A stretch of DNA of 64,000 bases, taken from Candidatus Magasanikiibacteriota bacterium (GTDB lineage Bacteria > Patescibacteriota > Patescibacteriia > Magasanikbacterales > 2-02-FULL-50-9b). Under the pieces are notes generated by a model. That model was not told the origin of the DNA and did no database searches. It saw only the letters and a program-made list of their open reading frames with translations. The stretch spans positions 46,560 through 110,559 of the forward strand of contig CAITMK010000001.1 of the NCBI GenBank assembly GCA_903893485.1, in the 5' to 3' direction. The position numbers were made by a program, and so were the translations under genes. Shown piece by piece: positions 24,916-36,037 of this stretch (the stretch's first letter is position 1; each line of letters starts with the position of its first letter).

Positions 24916-24960
24916 AACTTCCCCCACAATTGCGCTCGGTTAGCGCGGTTGGACCTCATA

Positions 24961-24988
24961 ATAACAAAAAGCTGGCCTTTCGGCCAGC
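24961..24988 (-). terminator. Rho-independent terminator of tsf
   Basis: On the minus strand, the perfect 7-bp hairpin GCTGGCC-GAAA-GGCCAGC is followed by TTTTTGTTATT. Confidence 0.85.
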
Positions 24989-25011
24989 CCTTGCGATTTG
25001 CAACCAAGAAA

Positions 25012-25608
25012 TTATTCCTGGCCCAAATGAAAACGCACAAATCGCTTCATCTGGATGTTTTCACCCATCTTAGCGATACCTGATTTCACCAAATCTTCGA
25101 TGGTCATGTTTTCATCTTTCACAAATGCCTGTTTCATCAAACAAACGTCAGTGTAAAATTTAGCCAACTTACCTTCAACGATTTTTGCAATCATTTCTTC
25201 TGGTTTGTTTGCGGCTTTCAACTCTTCCTTGTAGAACTCACGTTCTTTTTCTGCCAATTCTGGTGGCACTTCTGATTCGTCCAAGTACAATGGATTCATT
25301 GCAGCAATGTGAATCGCAATGTCGTGCGCAAGCTGCTTGAAACCGTCAGTGCGTGCTACAAAATCTGTTTCACAACGGAGCTCAACCATTACGCCAACTT
25401 TTTGGTTGCCATGAATGTATGAGTACACGATACCTTCACCTGCAACGCGGTCTGACTTTTTGCCAGCTTTCAAAATACCCTTTTTACGAAGTAATTCTTC
25501 TGCAGCAGCCATGTCACCATTGGTTTCATCCAATGCCGCTTTGACGTCTACGATACCAGCGCCTGTTTTTTCACGAAGTGCGACAACTAACTTTGCATCG
25601 ATTGCCAT
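25012..25608 (-). CDS. tsf: Elongation factor Ts
   Basis: MAIDAKLVVALREKTGAGIVDVKAAL... is conserved over the full length. The start is taken at MAIDAK. Confidence 0.93.
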   Translation of the reverse strand: MAIDAKLVVALREKTGAGIVDVKAALDETNGDMAAAEELLRKKGILKAGKKSDRVAGEGIVYSYIHGNQKVGVMVELRCETDFVARTDGFKQLAHDIAIHIAAMNPLYLDESEVPPELAEKEREFYKEELKAANKPEEMIAKIVEGKLAKFYTDVCLMKQAFVKDENMTIEDLVKSGIAKMGENIQMKRFVRFHLGQE

Positions 25609-25620
25609 ACTAATGAACAA

Positions 25621-26367
25621 TTATTGTTGATTGATAATAACTTTTTCTGCTTTGCCTTCTGACTTTGCAGCGGCTGCAGGAGCTGCGGCGCGGCCTTCGA
25701 TAACTGCGTCTGCAATTAATTTGGTAACCAATTCAATTGCGCGAACCGCGTCATCGTTTGATGGAATTGGGAATGTAACCAATTCTGGGTTTACGTTTGT
25801 ATCGGTAATTGCGATGGTTGGAATTTTCTTTACCAATGTTTCGGTGATTGCAGTTTTTTCGGTGCGGATGTCAACCAAGTACATGGCATCTGGCATGCGC
25901 TTTAAGGTTGCAAGACCTTCAAAAATCAAATGTTTTTTCTGGAATTCGTCTTCCAAAACAACACGTTCTTTTTTGGTGTACTTGTCCCAACCGCCGTTTT
26001 CACGGTCAGCTGCTGACTTGCGGTAGTGTTCCAAACGTTTGCCGATTTCATCGAAGTTTGTTACCAAACCACCGATCCAGCGTTCTGTGATGTAAGGCAT
26101 ACCACAGCGATTTGCTTCGCGAATGATGATGTCCTTAGCCTGACGCTTGGTACCAACAAACAAAACAGTTTTGCCCTGAGCTGAAAGTTGCTTAATAAAA
26201 TCCAAAGCCTCAGCGATTTTTTGCTGGGTGATTTCCAAGTTAATTACATGGATACCCTGGCGTTCGCCAAACAAATAAGGCTTAATCTTAGGGTGCCAAC
26301 GCGTTGAGCGATGGCCAAAGTGCATACCGGCTTGGATCATATCCAAGAGTTCTGGTGTTTTTGGCAT
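25621..26367 (-). CDS. rpsB: 30S ribosomal protein S2
   Basis: MPKTPELLDMIQAGMHFGHRSTRWHPKIKPYLFGERQGIHVINL... Confidence 0.95.
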   Translation of the reverse strand: MPKTPELLDMIQAGMHFGHRSTRWHPKIKPYLFGERQGIHVINLEITQQKIAEALDFIKQLSAQGKTVLFVGTKRQAKDIIIREANRCGMPYITERWIGGLVTNFDEIGKRLEHYRKSAADRENGGWDKYTKKERVVLEDEFQKKHLIFEGLATLKRMPDAMYLVDIRTEKTAITETLVKKIPTIAITDTNVNPELVTFPIPSNDDAVRAIELVTKLIADAVIEGRAAAPAAAAKSEGKAEKVIINQQ

Positions 26368-26457
26368 AAATAGTCCTTTTTACGACATCGGCATCGCGCG
26401 GGAGCCAGGAAGGCAGGGCCCGAGCGGTTTGTAGCCGACTGATTGATTAATGCGCGT

Positions 26458-26486
26458 AGTTTAGCAGAAGGTGATAAAAAGGTCAA
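26458..26486 (-). promoter_or_regulatory. rpsB promoter (TTGACC-N17-TAAACT) with a leader of about 90 nt
   Basis: Read on the minus strand. The long GC-rich structured leader (GGGCCCTGCCTTCCTGGCTCCC) before the rpsB ATG is reminiscent of S2 autoregulatory leaders. Confidence 0.5.
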
Positions 26487-26487
26487 G

Positions 26488-26539
26488 AATAAAAAAACCC
26501 ACCAGCGAGTCGCGAAAAGCGGCGACTACGAACTGGCGG
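26488..26539 (-). terminator. Rho-independent terminator for the island E gene
   Basis: On the minus strand, the outer stem CCGCCAG/CUGGUGG (one G-U pair) encloses the inner hairpin AGUCGC-N8-GCGACU and is followed by GTTTTTTTATTC. Confidence 0.6.
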
Positions 26540-26560
26540 ATTTATGCCTTTTGCCGTGCA

Positions 26561-27034
26561 TCAAAACGGCGCGGACTTTTCCCCGATGAAATTCATGAGG
26601 TCCTGCCCGATATCGGTCATGTCGGACTCGCTGAATCCAATGAGCCCTTTGGTAAAGCAGTCCTTGCCCGTCGTGTAAAGAAACCTCATCACGAGCGTAC
26701 GACGCTGACCTTCGAGTTCCACTGGGGTCGAGACAGTCAGCCAACACAGGATTTCCTGAATAGCGGTTCCGTAACGCTCAAAGTCGTCGATGGTCACCAC
26801 CTCTTCATTCAGCCTGACGAGCGGATCGAGCGCCCTGAATCCGGCGATGAGCGTCGGGATCATGGGATCATGGATCTCGCGGGGCATGCGAAATGGATTT
26901 GACTTATACTTCCGTTTCGGCGGATTGAGCGTGCGATCGACCATCCGTTGCAACGCTTCACAGGCACATGAAGCCGCATGAATCGCTCGCATATCGAGCG
27001 CAAGTCTAACCCCTACCAAATTTGTAGTACCCAT
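26561..27034 (-). CDS. Hypothetical protein, GC-rich island E
   Basis: 157 aa, MGTTNLVGVRLALDMRAIHAASCACEALQRMVDR... with no recognisable domain. SD GAGGTGA. GC-rich. Confidence 0.55.
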   Translation of the reverse strand: MGTTNLVGVRLALDMRAIHAASCACEALQRMVDRTLNPPKRKYKSNPFRMPREIHDPMIPTLIAGFRALDPLVRLNEEVVTIDDFERYGTAIQEILCWLTVSTPVELEGQRRTLVMRFLYTTGKDCFTKGLIGFSESDMTDIGQDLMNFIGEKSAPF

Positions 27035-27069
27035 GGTTTCACCTCAATTGCGCAAGCGTGCGCGAGCAA

Positions 27070-27098
27070 ATAGTACGACTCAAATTGAGTATTGTCAA
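27070..27098 (-). promoter_or_regulatory. Strong sigma70-like promoter for island E (TTGACA-N17-TACTAT)
   Basis: Read on the minus strand. The -35 overlaps the prfA stop codon. The spacer carries the small palindrome ACTCAA-T-TTGAGT. Confidence 0.6.
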
Positions 27099-28141
27099 TC
27101 CTCCGCCTCGTCCACCTTCTTCAACGCCAGAACGATTTCCTCAATATTCCCATCCATGATCTTCGGCAAATTGTGCCATGATTCTTCGATGCGATGATCA
27201 GTCACGCGGTCTTGTGGGAAATTATAGGTGCGAATTTTTTCGCTGCGGTCGCCGCTACCAATTTGCGATTTACGTTTCGCGGCGCGCTCGGCGGCAACGC
27301 GCGCAACTTCGGCTTCAAAAACACGAGCACGCATCACTTGCATTGCACGTTCTTTATTTTGCGTTTGCGAACGTTCGTCCTGACAGGTCACTACAATGCC
27401 CGTTGGAATATGCACCATGCGGATTGCACTGTATGTGGTGTTCACGGACTGGCCGCCCGCGCCCTGGGATGTGGTGGTTTCAATTTTTAAATCCTTCAAG
27501 TCCAAAACAATATCAACTGCTTCTGGCTCTGGCATGATTGCCACGGTCACGGCGCTGGTGTGCACGCGGCCGGCCTTTTCGGTTTCAGGTACACGCTGCA
27601 CGCGGTGCACGCCGGATTCAAACTGCAGCTCGCCGTACACGCCGCGGCCTTTAATTTCAAAAACAACTTCTTTAACACCGCCAATGCCCGTGCGGCTCAT
27701 GGAAATGAGATCAACTTTCCATCCGCGAGTGCCCGCGAACATGGAATACATGCGATATAATTCTGCGGCGAAAAGTCCTGCTTCATCGCCACCCACACCT
27801 GCGCGGATTTCAACGATAACGTTTTTGTTTGCAAATGGATCTGGTTCGCGGAGCAAATCTTTCAGCTGCACGTGTAAATTCTCGAGCTGCGCTTTCAAAT
27901 CTTCAACTTCGGCTTTCGCCAGGTCAATCATTTCAATATCTTCTTCCACAGCGACCATTTTTTCTGCGTCAGCCAGCGCCGCTTCTTTTTGATCAATCTC
28001 ACGGAGCACTTCTGCAGCAGGTTTGATTTCAGAATACCGCTGCGAAACCTGTTTTAATTTAAAAGCGTCTCCAATGACCGTTGGGTCTTGGAGCGCTTTT
28101 TCGAGCTCTTCAAATTCGGCGAGGATGGTATCGCCTTTCAT
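27095..28141 (-). CDS. prfA: Peptide chain release factor 1
   Basis: The GGQ motif ([25 protein letters not shown]) plus the RF-1 family context. Confidence 0.93.
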   Translation of the reverse strand: MKGDTILAEFEELEKALQDPTVIGDAFKLKQVSQRYSEIKPAAEVLREIDQKEAALADAEKMVAVEEDIEMIDLAKAEVEDLKAQLENLHVQLKDLLREPDPFANKNVIVEIRAGVGGDEAGLFAAELYRMYSMFAGTRGWKVDLISMSRTGIGGVKEVVFEIKGRGVYGELQFESGVHRVQRVPETEKAGRVHTSAVTVAIMPEPEAVDIVLDLKDLKIETTTSQGAGGQSVNTTYSAIRMVHIPTGIVVTCQDERSQTQNKERAMQVMRARVFEAEVARVAAERAAKRKSQIGSGDRSEKIRTYNFPQDRVTDHRIEESWHNLPKIMDGNIEEIVLALKKVDEAED

Positions 28142-28147
28142 GGCAAA

Positions 28148-28438
28148 TTATTTACCAGCTGCAGTTTTGTCTGCACGCTTTGCTTTGCGCGCCTGTTCCT
28201 TTTCCGCTTTAGAGCGAGTTGAAACAGCAGCTGCGGCAATTTTGGTAGCTTTGTCTTGAAACTTCTCGATACGACGAGCAGTGTCAACAAAGTTCTGTTT
28301 ACCCGTGTAAAATGGGTGACATTTGCTGCAAAGTTCAATACGAAGCGCTGGCTGCGTTGAACCAACCTCAAAAGTGTTACCACATGCGCAGGTCACGTTA
28401 GCATTTGGAGTGTAGTTTGGGTGGATGGCCTTTTTCAT
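28148..28438 (-). CDS. rpmE: 50S ribosomal protein L31 with a Lys/Ala-rich C-terminal extension
   Basis: [48 protein letters not shown] matches L31. The start is at the internal Met; the ORF track starts from a TTG. Confidence 0.88.
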   Translation of the reverse strand: MKKAIHPNYTPNANVTCACGNTFEVGSTQPALRIELCSKCHPFYTGKQNFVDTARRIEKFQDKATKIAAAAVSTRSKAEKEQARKAKRADKTAAGK

Positions 28439-28531
28439 AGTGAAAGTAGTGTACATTTTAAGCCGGCGGTTGTCAAGAGTAAAAAAACAGACCCACCCCG
28501 CGCAACGTATGTCGCGCAAAGGCAGGTCAAA

Positions 28532-28993
28532 TTACCACGGGTCCTCACCCCGCAGAAGCTTCGCTTTTCGATCATCCCGAGTCCTTTGCTGCCAGTCAAG
28601 CTTTGCTCTCCAGCGTGCCGGGTCAGCGTCCATTCGCTCTGCATACGTCAGCTGCCTCGGCACGTTTCGTTGCAAACGCAGCTCCTTAGAGGAGATGCCG
28701 ATGATGTGTGCAACATGGGCGATTGCGGTCATTTCGTCGGCAATATTTTCAAACTCCTTGTAGATTCTGACAACCGATCCGCCTGCACCACATGCCTGGC
28801 ATAGGTATTGATTTGACCTACGATTCACGCGGAATGAGGCGGTCTTCTCGGCGTGAAACGGGCAGATGAAAACGAGCGCTCGCGCATTTCGCCGCACTGG
28901 CAAATAGCCGAACGATTTGAGTGCCTTTTCAATTGGATATGCCAGAACTCGCCTCATGAGTTCTGGACTGAACATCATGTGACGCTTTGACAT
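28532..28993 (-). CDS. Stand-alone CHC2 zinc-finger protein (DnaG-primase-type Zn-binding domain), GC-rich island F
   Basis: CPFHAEKTASFRVNRRSNQYLCQACGAGG matches the CHC2 primase zinc-finger signature CPFHxEKTPSF...CFGCG. 153 aa. SD GGAG. GC-rich. Proteins of this kind are typical of phage and plasmid replication modules. Confidence 0.65.
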   Translation of the reverse strand: MSKRHMMFSPELMRRVLAYPIEKALKSFGYLPVRRNARALVFICPFHAEKTASFRVNRRSNQYLCQACGAGGSVVRIYKEFENIADEMTAIAHVAHIIGISSKELRLQRNVPRQLTYAERMDADPARWRAKLDWQQRTRDDRKAKLLRGEDPW

Positions 28994-29013
28994 TTTAACT
29001 CCATCGAGTGTGC

Positions 29014-29090
29014 CCGCCGGGTTTGGTGGTGGAATCCCCTTGGAAATGACGGTTCTGCTCTGTCATCGTTGGCCGCCGGCGGGCACGTCC
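29014..29090 (-). promoter_or_regulatory. Structured GC-rich 5' leader of the CHC2 gene: an 11-bp inverted repeat enclosing an inner hairpin
   Basis: GTGCCCGCCGG...(about 50 nt with the inner ATGAC/GTCAT stem)...CCGGCGGGCAC, read directly from the sequence. Confidence 0.4.
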
Positions 29091-29192
29091 TGCTGCCAAA
29101 GCATCAGGTACCAACGAATCGGGGCCAACTGGCCAAAGAGATTAATAAAACGGTACAGTGATAAAGCTGTCTCTGTCAAGCATGCTTAGGAC

Positions 29193-29231
29193 AAAACTAA
29201 ATTGTATTAAAGTGTAATACAATTTAGTTTT
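29193..29231. repeat. Perfect 17-bp AT-rich inverted repeat (AAAACTAAATTGTATTA-aagtg-TAATACAATTTAGTTTT) followed by a T-tract
   Basis: Read directly. It lies between the island F TTGACA and the prmC start. It could be an operator or protein-binding site, or a plus-strand terminator or insulator. Confidence 0.6.
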
Positions 29232-29257
29232 TATTATTTTTGTGCTACCATAACCAC

Positions 29258-30043
29258 ATGAAAATCCGTGAAATTCTAAAAAAATCATCCCCAGACGATG
29301 AATACTTATTACGTTTTGTATTAAAAAAATCTCGTGCAGAATTGTTGCGCGATTTTGGCGCCGAAGTCCGTCAAGCCACACTCACCAAATTTCGTGAGCT
29401 CAAAAAAAAACGTGCCGACGGAATACCAATGCAATACATTGTTGGCGCCGCATGGTTTTACGGATTAGAATTTTTTGTGACGAAAACAGTATTAATCCCC
29501 CGCCCGGAAACTGAAATTTTAGTTGAACGAGCACTGGCAGCGCACGCTGAAATCGTAATCGACATCGGCACGGGCAGTGGTGCAATCGCCGTCTCTCTCG
29601 CTAAAAATTCTCGCTCTAAAATTATTGCCGCAGATATTTCCGAATCCGCTTTAAAAATTGCACACAAAAATTCGCGCCGCCACAAAACAAAAATTAAATT
29701 TTATAAAAGCAATTTGCTCACCACGATTCCCTGGCCTCGAACACAATCCGTGCTCATCGCTGCAAATCTTCCATATCTTTCGAATGCACGCATGAAATCA
29801 CTCACCACCGAAGTTCGCCGTGAGCCACGTCTCGCATTATATGGCGGCCCCGATGGCCTGCAACTATACAAAAAACTTTTCGCACAAATTCGTGCGCGCA
29901 AATCGCCGACCCAAACCGTAACCGTCCTCGCCGAAATCGACCCGGAGCAGAAAAAAAATCTCGCCGCCCTGGTGGGCGACGAGAAGATTTCTTTCTTCAA
30001 GGATCTGTCGGGCGCCGTGCGCCTCGCAGAAATTATTTTTTAG
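29258..30043 (+). CDS. prmC: Release-factor glutamine N5-methyltransferase (PrmC/HemK family)
   Basis: The SAM-binding motif is VIDIGTGSGAIAVSLA. The catalytic motif ANLPY is a variant of NPPY. Pairing with the nearby prfA supports the assignment. Confidence 0.75.
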   Translation: MKIREILKKSSPDDEYLLRFVLKKSRAELLRDFGAEVRQATLTKFRELKKKRADGIPMQYIVGAAWFYGLEFFVTKTVLIPRPETEILVERALAAHAEIVIDIGTGSGAIAVSLAKNSRSKIIAADISESALKIAHKNSRRHKTKIKFYKSNLLTTIPWPRTQSVLIAANLPYLSNARMKSLTTEVRREPRLALYGGPDGLQLYKKLFAQIRARKSPTQTVTVLAEIDPEQKKNLAALVGDEKISFFKDLSGAVRLAEIIF

Positions 30044-30752
30044 CAGCAGGTGCTTTTGCAGCTGGAGCAGCTTTTGCGCCAGGTTTTGCAGCAGCATCAG
30101 TTGCAGCAGCTTCGTCTTCTTTCTTCTTACCAACAACTTCAACTTTAGTAACATCGGCTGCATTTGCAGCTTCCATAGCCTTGAGCTGATCTTCAGTAAG
30201 TGGAGCTGAAACCTTAGCAACAACTTCGTCTGCTTCGTCCAAAATGGTAACACCTTCTGGAGCTTTGATGTCGCCAATGGTGATCACCGCGTCAAAATCT
30301 GACAATGCTTCCAAAGGAATTGCGATGGTACGTACCAAATGAATTGGCAAACAGCGAACAGTAACCGCGTCTTTAATTTTAAGCAAAGTACCACCCATGT
30401 GCTTAACCGCTTCTGATTCACCAGTAAATTCGAGTGAAACGTCTGTTTCGAGTTCTTTTTTCATTGAAACCGCAAAGAAATCAACGTGGGTAAATGCGTT
30501 GGTAACTGGGTTGGTCTGAACTGCTTTAATCAAAGTTGGGATTTTTTCGGTGCCAAAATCCAATTCAACCAATGTTGATTCACCAGCTTCGCGAAAAGCT
30601 TTCTGAAAAAGATGAGCATCAACAGAAAGTGCGCGTGAGCCTTCTAAATCTGGGCCGTACACAATTGCTGGGATTTTGCGTGTTGCACGAATATTCTGTG
30701 CAATGCTGTGTGAACCGGTGGTGCGATCTGTTGCAGTTAAGACAATTGACAT
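30033..30752 (-). CDS. rplY: 50S ribosomal protein L25/general stress protein Ctc, with an Ala/Lys-rich tail
   Basis: MSIVLTATDRTTGSHSIAQNIRATRKIPAIVYGP... matches the L25 fold, followed by a low-complexity AKPGAKAAPAAKAPAAKK tail. Confidence 0.85.
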   Translation of the reverse strand: MSIVLTATDRTTGSHSIAQNIRATRKIPAIVYGPDLEGSRALSVDAHLFQKAFREAGESTLVELDFGTEKIPTLIKAVQTNPVTNAFTHVDFFAVSMKKELETDVSLEFTGESEAVKHMGGTLLKIKDAVTVRCLPIHLVRTIAIPLEALSDFDAVITIGDIKAPEGVTILDEADEVVAKVSAPLTEDQLKAMEAANAADVTKVEVVGKKKEDEAAATDAAAKPGAKAAPAAKAPAAKK

Positions 30753-30753
30753 A

Positions 30754-31098
30754 TTAGTTCAAAAAAGTTTCTTTGGTAATTTCTCCGTGAAGTGAAGCTT
30801 CATGCCACGAGATCACATCGTCGAAATCGACAGCGTCGACTTCTACAAAACGGAGGATATCATCGGACGAAGCGTCGGTAATGAGGCCGAGCGAAGAGAC
30901 ACCATTTGGATTATGCGTGATAAGCGCGGCCACCGAATGTTTGCATTTAGCACACGTAACGTGGACCAAATGTTTGTTGTCTGATTCGTTTAAAACCTTA
31001 ATCTCGAGTGGCTCATACACGGTTTCACACAGGGGACATTGTTGAACGAGTTTCATCCCGTCCTCAGCGTTTGTGCGTTTTTTTCGCTTCGGGGCCAT
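30754..31098 (-). CDS. Small hypothetical protein with a Cys4 zinc-ribbon-like motif
   Basis: 114 aa. CPLC...CAKC pairs, with a basic N-terminus MAPKRKKR. Confidence 0.45.
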   Translation of the reverse strand: MAPKRKKRTNAEDGMKLVQQCPLCETVYEPLEIKVLNESDNKHLVHVTCAKCKHSVAALITHNPNGVSSLGLITDASSDDILRFVEVDAVDFDDVISWHEASLHGEITKETFLN

Positions 31099-31156
31099 AG
31101 AAATAACCAGCTAATAGAAAGAATAATAGCAGAAGGCTTAAAAAATTGCAAGAGGG

Positions 31157-32239
31157 TTATACCTGGTGGCTGGCGATGCTCTGAACGATGCCGACTAAGA
31201 CCAAATTCATAACAAGCGAAGACCCACCATAACTCACAAAAGGAAGCGCGATACCGGTAAGCGGCAATATTCCCGTGGCGCCACCAACATTAACCACAAT
31301 TTGAACCAGCCAAAGCCCCAAGGCGCCCATAATAACAGGTTGCGTAAAGTCATCGCGGCAACTACCCGCAATGCGTACCAAGCGCCAACCAATAATGCCA
31401 TAACAAATAAACAGCGCCAGCACGCCCACAAAACCTAATTCCTCGCCAACCACGCTAAACACAAAATCAGTTTGGCGTTCTGGCAAAAAACTCAACTGGT
31501 TTTGCGAGCCATATCCAAATCCACGGCCCCAAAATTTGCCCGAACCAACTGCAATGATTGATTGTTGCACGTTATACCCCGCCCCGAGCGGATCCTTGCC
31601 TGGATTAATAAATGAAACAAAACGTTCTTTTTGATATGGCTTCAAAATACCGACCCAACCAACAACACCAATTACCATGACCGTACCAAGCAAAAGTAAA
31701 ACGAACGATCGACGTGTGCCCACAATTAATACAAGCAAAAACCAAAGTGCTGCCAAAACCAGCGAACCACCCAAATCTGGTTGGAGCATTACCAACGCCA
31801 TTGGTAAAATTGCAACCAGTGCAGTGCCAAAGAAAAACAACGCACTGGTAAACACGCGGCCACGCCGATCAATCACACGGGCTAATGTTAGCAGCAACGC
31901 AATTTTTACAAATTCAAGCGGTTGAAACGAAAAACCACCTAAAACAAACCAGCCCTTTGTACTACGAATAGTTGCGCCCACAACAAGCACGGCGCCGAGC
32001 AAAAGCAAACCAATGCCATACCACATGCGGCTTGTGGCACGATAAAATTCAGGGTGCACGGTGCCGAGCAAAAGTGCAACTATGGATCCGATACCCAGCG
32101 CGAGCGATTGACGCCCAAGCAAATAAAACCCAACGCCACGACTCAAATCAACACTTGCAATTGCCAAAAAACCAATCGCAACGGCTCCGAGCACTGCCCC
32201 ACACAATATCCAATCAAAATGTCTAAATTCGTATCGCAT
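31157..32239 (-). CDS. SEDS-family peptidoglycan polymerase (RodA/FtsW)
   Basis: Ten-TM protein with ...VGSGKFWGRGFGYGSQNQLSFLPERQTDFVFSVVGEELGFVG... Confidence 0.88.
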   Translation of the reverse strand: MRYEFRHFDWILCGAVLGAVAIGFLAIASVDLSRGVGFYLLGRQSLALGIGSIVALLLGTVHPEFYRATSRMWYGIGLLLLGAVLVVGATIRSTKGWFVLGGFSFQPLEFVKIALLLTLARVIDRRGRVFTSALFFFGTALVAILPMALVMLQPDLGGSLVLAALWFLLVLIVGTRRSFVLLLLGTVMVIGVVGWVGILKPYQKERFVSFINPGKDPLGAGYNVQQSIIAVGSGKFWGRGFGYGSQNQLSFLPERQTDFVFSVVGEELGFVGVLALFICYGIIGWRLVRIAGSCRDDFTQPVIMGALGLWLVQIVVNVGGATGILPLTGIALPFVSYGGSSLVMNLVLVGIVQSIASHQV

Positions 32240-32263
32240 ATTTCAGCGATTACCTTATCACAA

Positions 32264-33184
32264 TCATTGGCTCACGTACACGTTGTTATCAAAAACATCC
32301 ACGGTTGGAATAATTTGAATGTCATCCACGGTCATACCCGTGACATAATTTCGCAAATCAATTTGGCGCGTTTCGAAGGTTTTAAAATCTTTTACCGTTA
32401 TATATTCAAAACCAATAACATTTCCACCGCGCATAAGCAAAATTTGCAGCGGCACTTCGTAAAAATTAAACGCAGTACGATTTGAAATGCTAAACGTAAT
32501 TTGATTTCCCGGATTTGTATCCACGGCGCCCGCAGAAATAACACCTTGTGGAGTAAACGTTGCACCAGTTATATCAAACGTTGCGTGCGATTTTATAAAA
32601 TTTGGAATATCCGCCACCACATGTGGATCAATGCGTGTCCAAGAAATATCAACGACTTGCAGCGACGTGCTAGTAAGCACGCTGGTATTTTTTTGACCAA
32701 GCGCTAACAAATATTTATGCTCGCCCGGAATTACAAAAGTGGTTTGCGTATCAGTTGTTTTGTCGCCATCGAGCGTAAAATTAAAATGAACCGTTGCGTA
32801 CCAATTTGCATTTGTGTTTTGCACTTCAGCCGCAAAATCAACAGTTCCATTGCCGCCATCGAATGTTTGCGCGCTTCCGAGCACCAGCGGCGTAGGCGCC
32901 GTTGCCTGCAAACGGTTGACTGACGAAATCTGCAGTCGCTTTGCAAGCGCAATAACTAGCGCGTCTTCGCGTGGTGAACCCGCAAATAAATATGAACCAA
33001 ACTGAAACACCGCATACACAATAAGAATTGCATCAATCGCGATGAGCGCCATGATCATTAAATTGCGCAGCAAAATTTTGTGCGTGACAATCCAATAACT
33101 GCGCGATAATTCTTTTGAAGAAAATTGATCCGCGCTGGACGCTTCAAATTGTTTTATTTTATTATCAAAGGAGCTTTGTGCCAT
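32264..33184 (-). CDS. Membrane-anchored hypothetical protein
   Basis: 306 aa. A single N-terminal TM helix is followed by a beta-rich extracytoplasmic region. No recognisable domain. Confidence 0.5.
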   Translation of the reverse strand: MAQSSFDNKIKQFEASSADQFSSKELSRSYWIVTHKILLRNLMIMALIAIDAILIVYAVFQFGSYLFAGSPREDALVIALAKRLQISSVNRLQATAPTPLVLGSAQTFDGGNGTVDFAAEVQNTNANWYATVHFNFTLDGDKTTDTQTTFVIPGEHKYLLALGQKNTSVLTSTSLQVVDISWTRIDPHVVADIPNFIKSHATFDITGATFTPQGVISAGAVDTNPGNQITFSISNRTAFNFYEVPLQILLMRGGNVIGFEYITVKDFKTFETRQIDLRNYVTGMTVDDIQIIPTVDVFDNNVYVSQ

Positions 33185-33196
33185 GGTGGCAGTATA

Positions 33197-35227
<2,031 letters not shown>

Positions 35228-35272
35228 TCATTCTTTAAATCATTTTGCAGTTTACCATTAAGCGCTATGTGT

Positions 35273-35320
35273 ACGCAAATAAAAACGCCGACGCATCGCC
35301 CCTCCCCAGGCAATGCGTCG
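35273..35320 (-). terminator. Rho-independent terminator closing the island G operon
   Basis: On the minus strand, CGACGCAT-N16-ATGCGTCG (8 bp) is followed by GCGTTTTTATTTG. Confidence 0.7.
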
Positions 35321-35334
35321 ACAAAGTTGTACCG

Positions 35335-35901
35335 CTACGTCGCTTCAGCCGAAAAGCCGAACTGCAACGCGGTCTGTTGTTGGTGCCACGGCTTCTTCAC
35401 GTCGTACATGGCAAGCGCTTGATGAAACGCATCGTCCAGCACCTTGTAGATCGGGTGATGAACGCTGCCGCCCACGACGTGCTCCTGCAGGAACTCCATC
35501 TGATCGATCAGCATCTCGGCGCGCAGATGCAAAAGCGCGAACAGGTCGTTGCCGCGAAACTCTGCGAGCTCCAGATACAGCAGATGCATGTACGCGAGGC
35601 CCGTTTTCTCATCCTCTTTCATCCAGCCCCACGCAAATTCCGTGCGCGCGATGACCTGACGGAACTTGGCCGGCACCGTGCACCGCACATACGGCACCGG
35701 CAAACCGGACGCCGTGTCGATGAGGTAGCCCGACGCCAACTTGGGCAGCAGATCCGGCGGGTCCAGCTCCGTGACGAGCAAAAAGCGATCTTGAAAACCG
35801 CCATGCGTGACGAACCGACGCCAGCCCGTGGTAGCGTGCAACCACCAGCGGCCAGGATCCACCACGACTTCAACATCTTGAACCAAATCTTGAGAACTCA
35901 T
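35335..35901 (-). CDS. Hypothetical protein (island G, gene 3 of 3)
   Basis: 188 aa. AGGAG lies 7 nt before the ATG. GC-rich (over 60% in places). No recognisable domain. Confidence 0.6.
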   Translation of the reverse strand: MSSQDLVQDVEVVVDPGRWWLHATTGWRRFVTHGGFQDRFLLVTELDPPDLLPKLASGYLIDTASGLPVPYVRCTVPAKFRQVIARTEFAWGWMKEDEKTGLAYMHLLYLELAEFRGNDLFALLHLRAEMLIDQMEFLQEHVVGGSVHHPIYKVLDDAFHQALAMYDVKKPWHQQQTALQFGFSAEAT

Positions 35902-36037
35902 TTAGAAACTCCTGAGCAAAGGTCAGCAGGTTTGCCGACAAGAAAAAAGGATACTCGTAAATCGCTCTTATGTCAATATAAAAAATATCGTCGCCAACCC
36001 AAGGTAGTGGGCCAGCGACGCGTAACCGCTCTAAATA

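Noticed and set aside
26393-26460. A CAGGAAGGCAGGGCC stretch resembling the SRP-RNA domain IV motif
   Set aside because: There is no extended complementary helix around it. The sequence is better explained as the minus-strand rpsB leader.
26471-26902. A 143-aa plus-strand ORF across island E
   Set aside because: It is antisense to the minus-strand ORF that has its own promoter, SD and terminator. It lacks an RBS.
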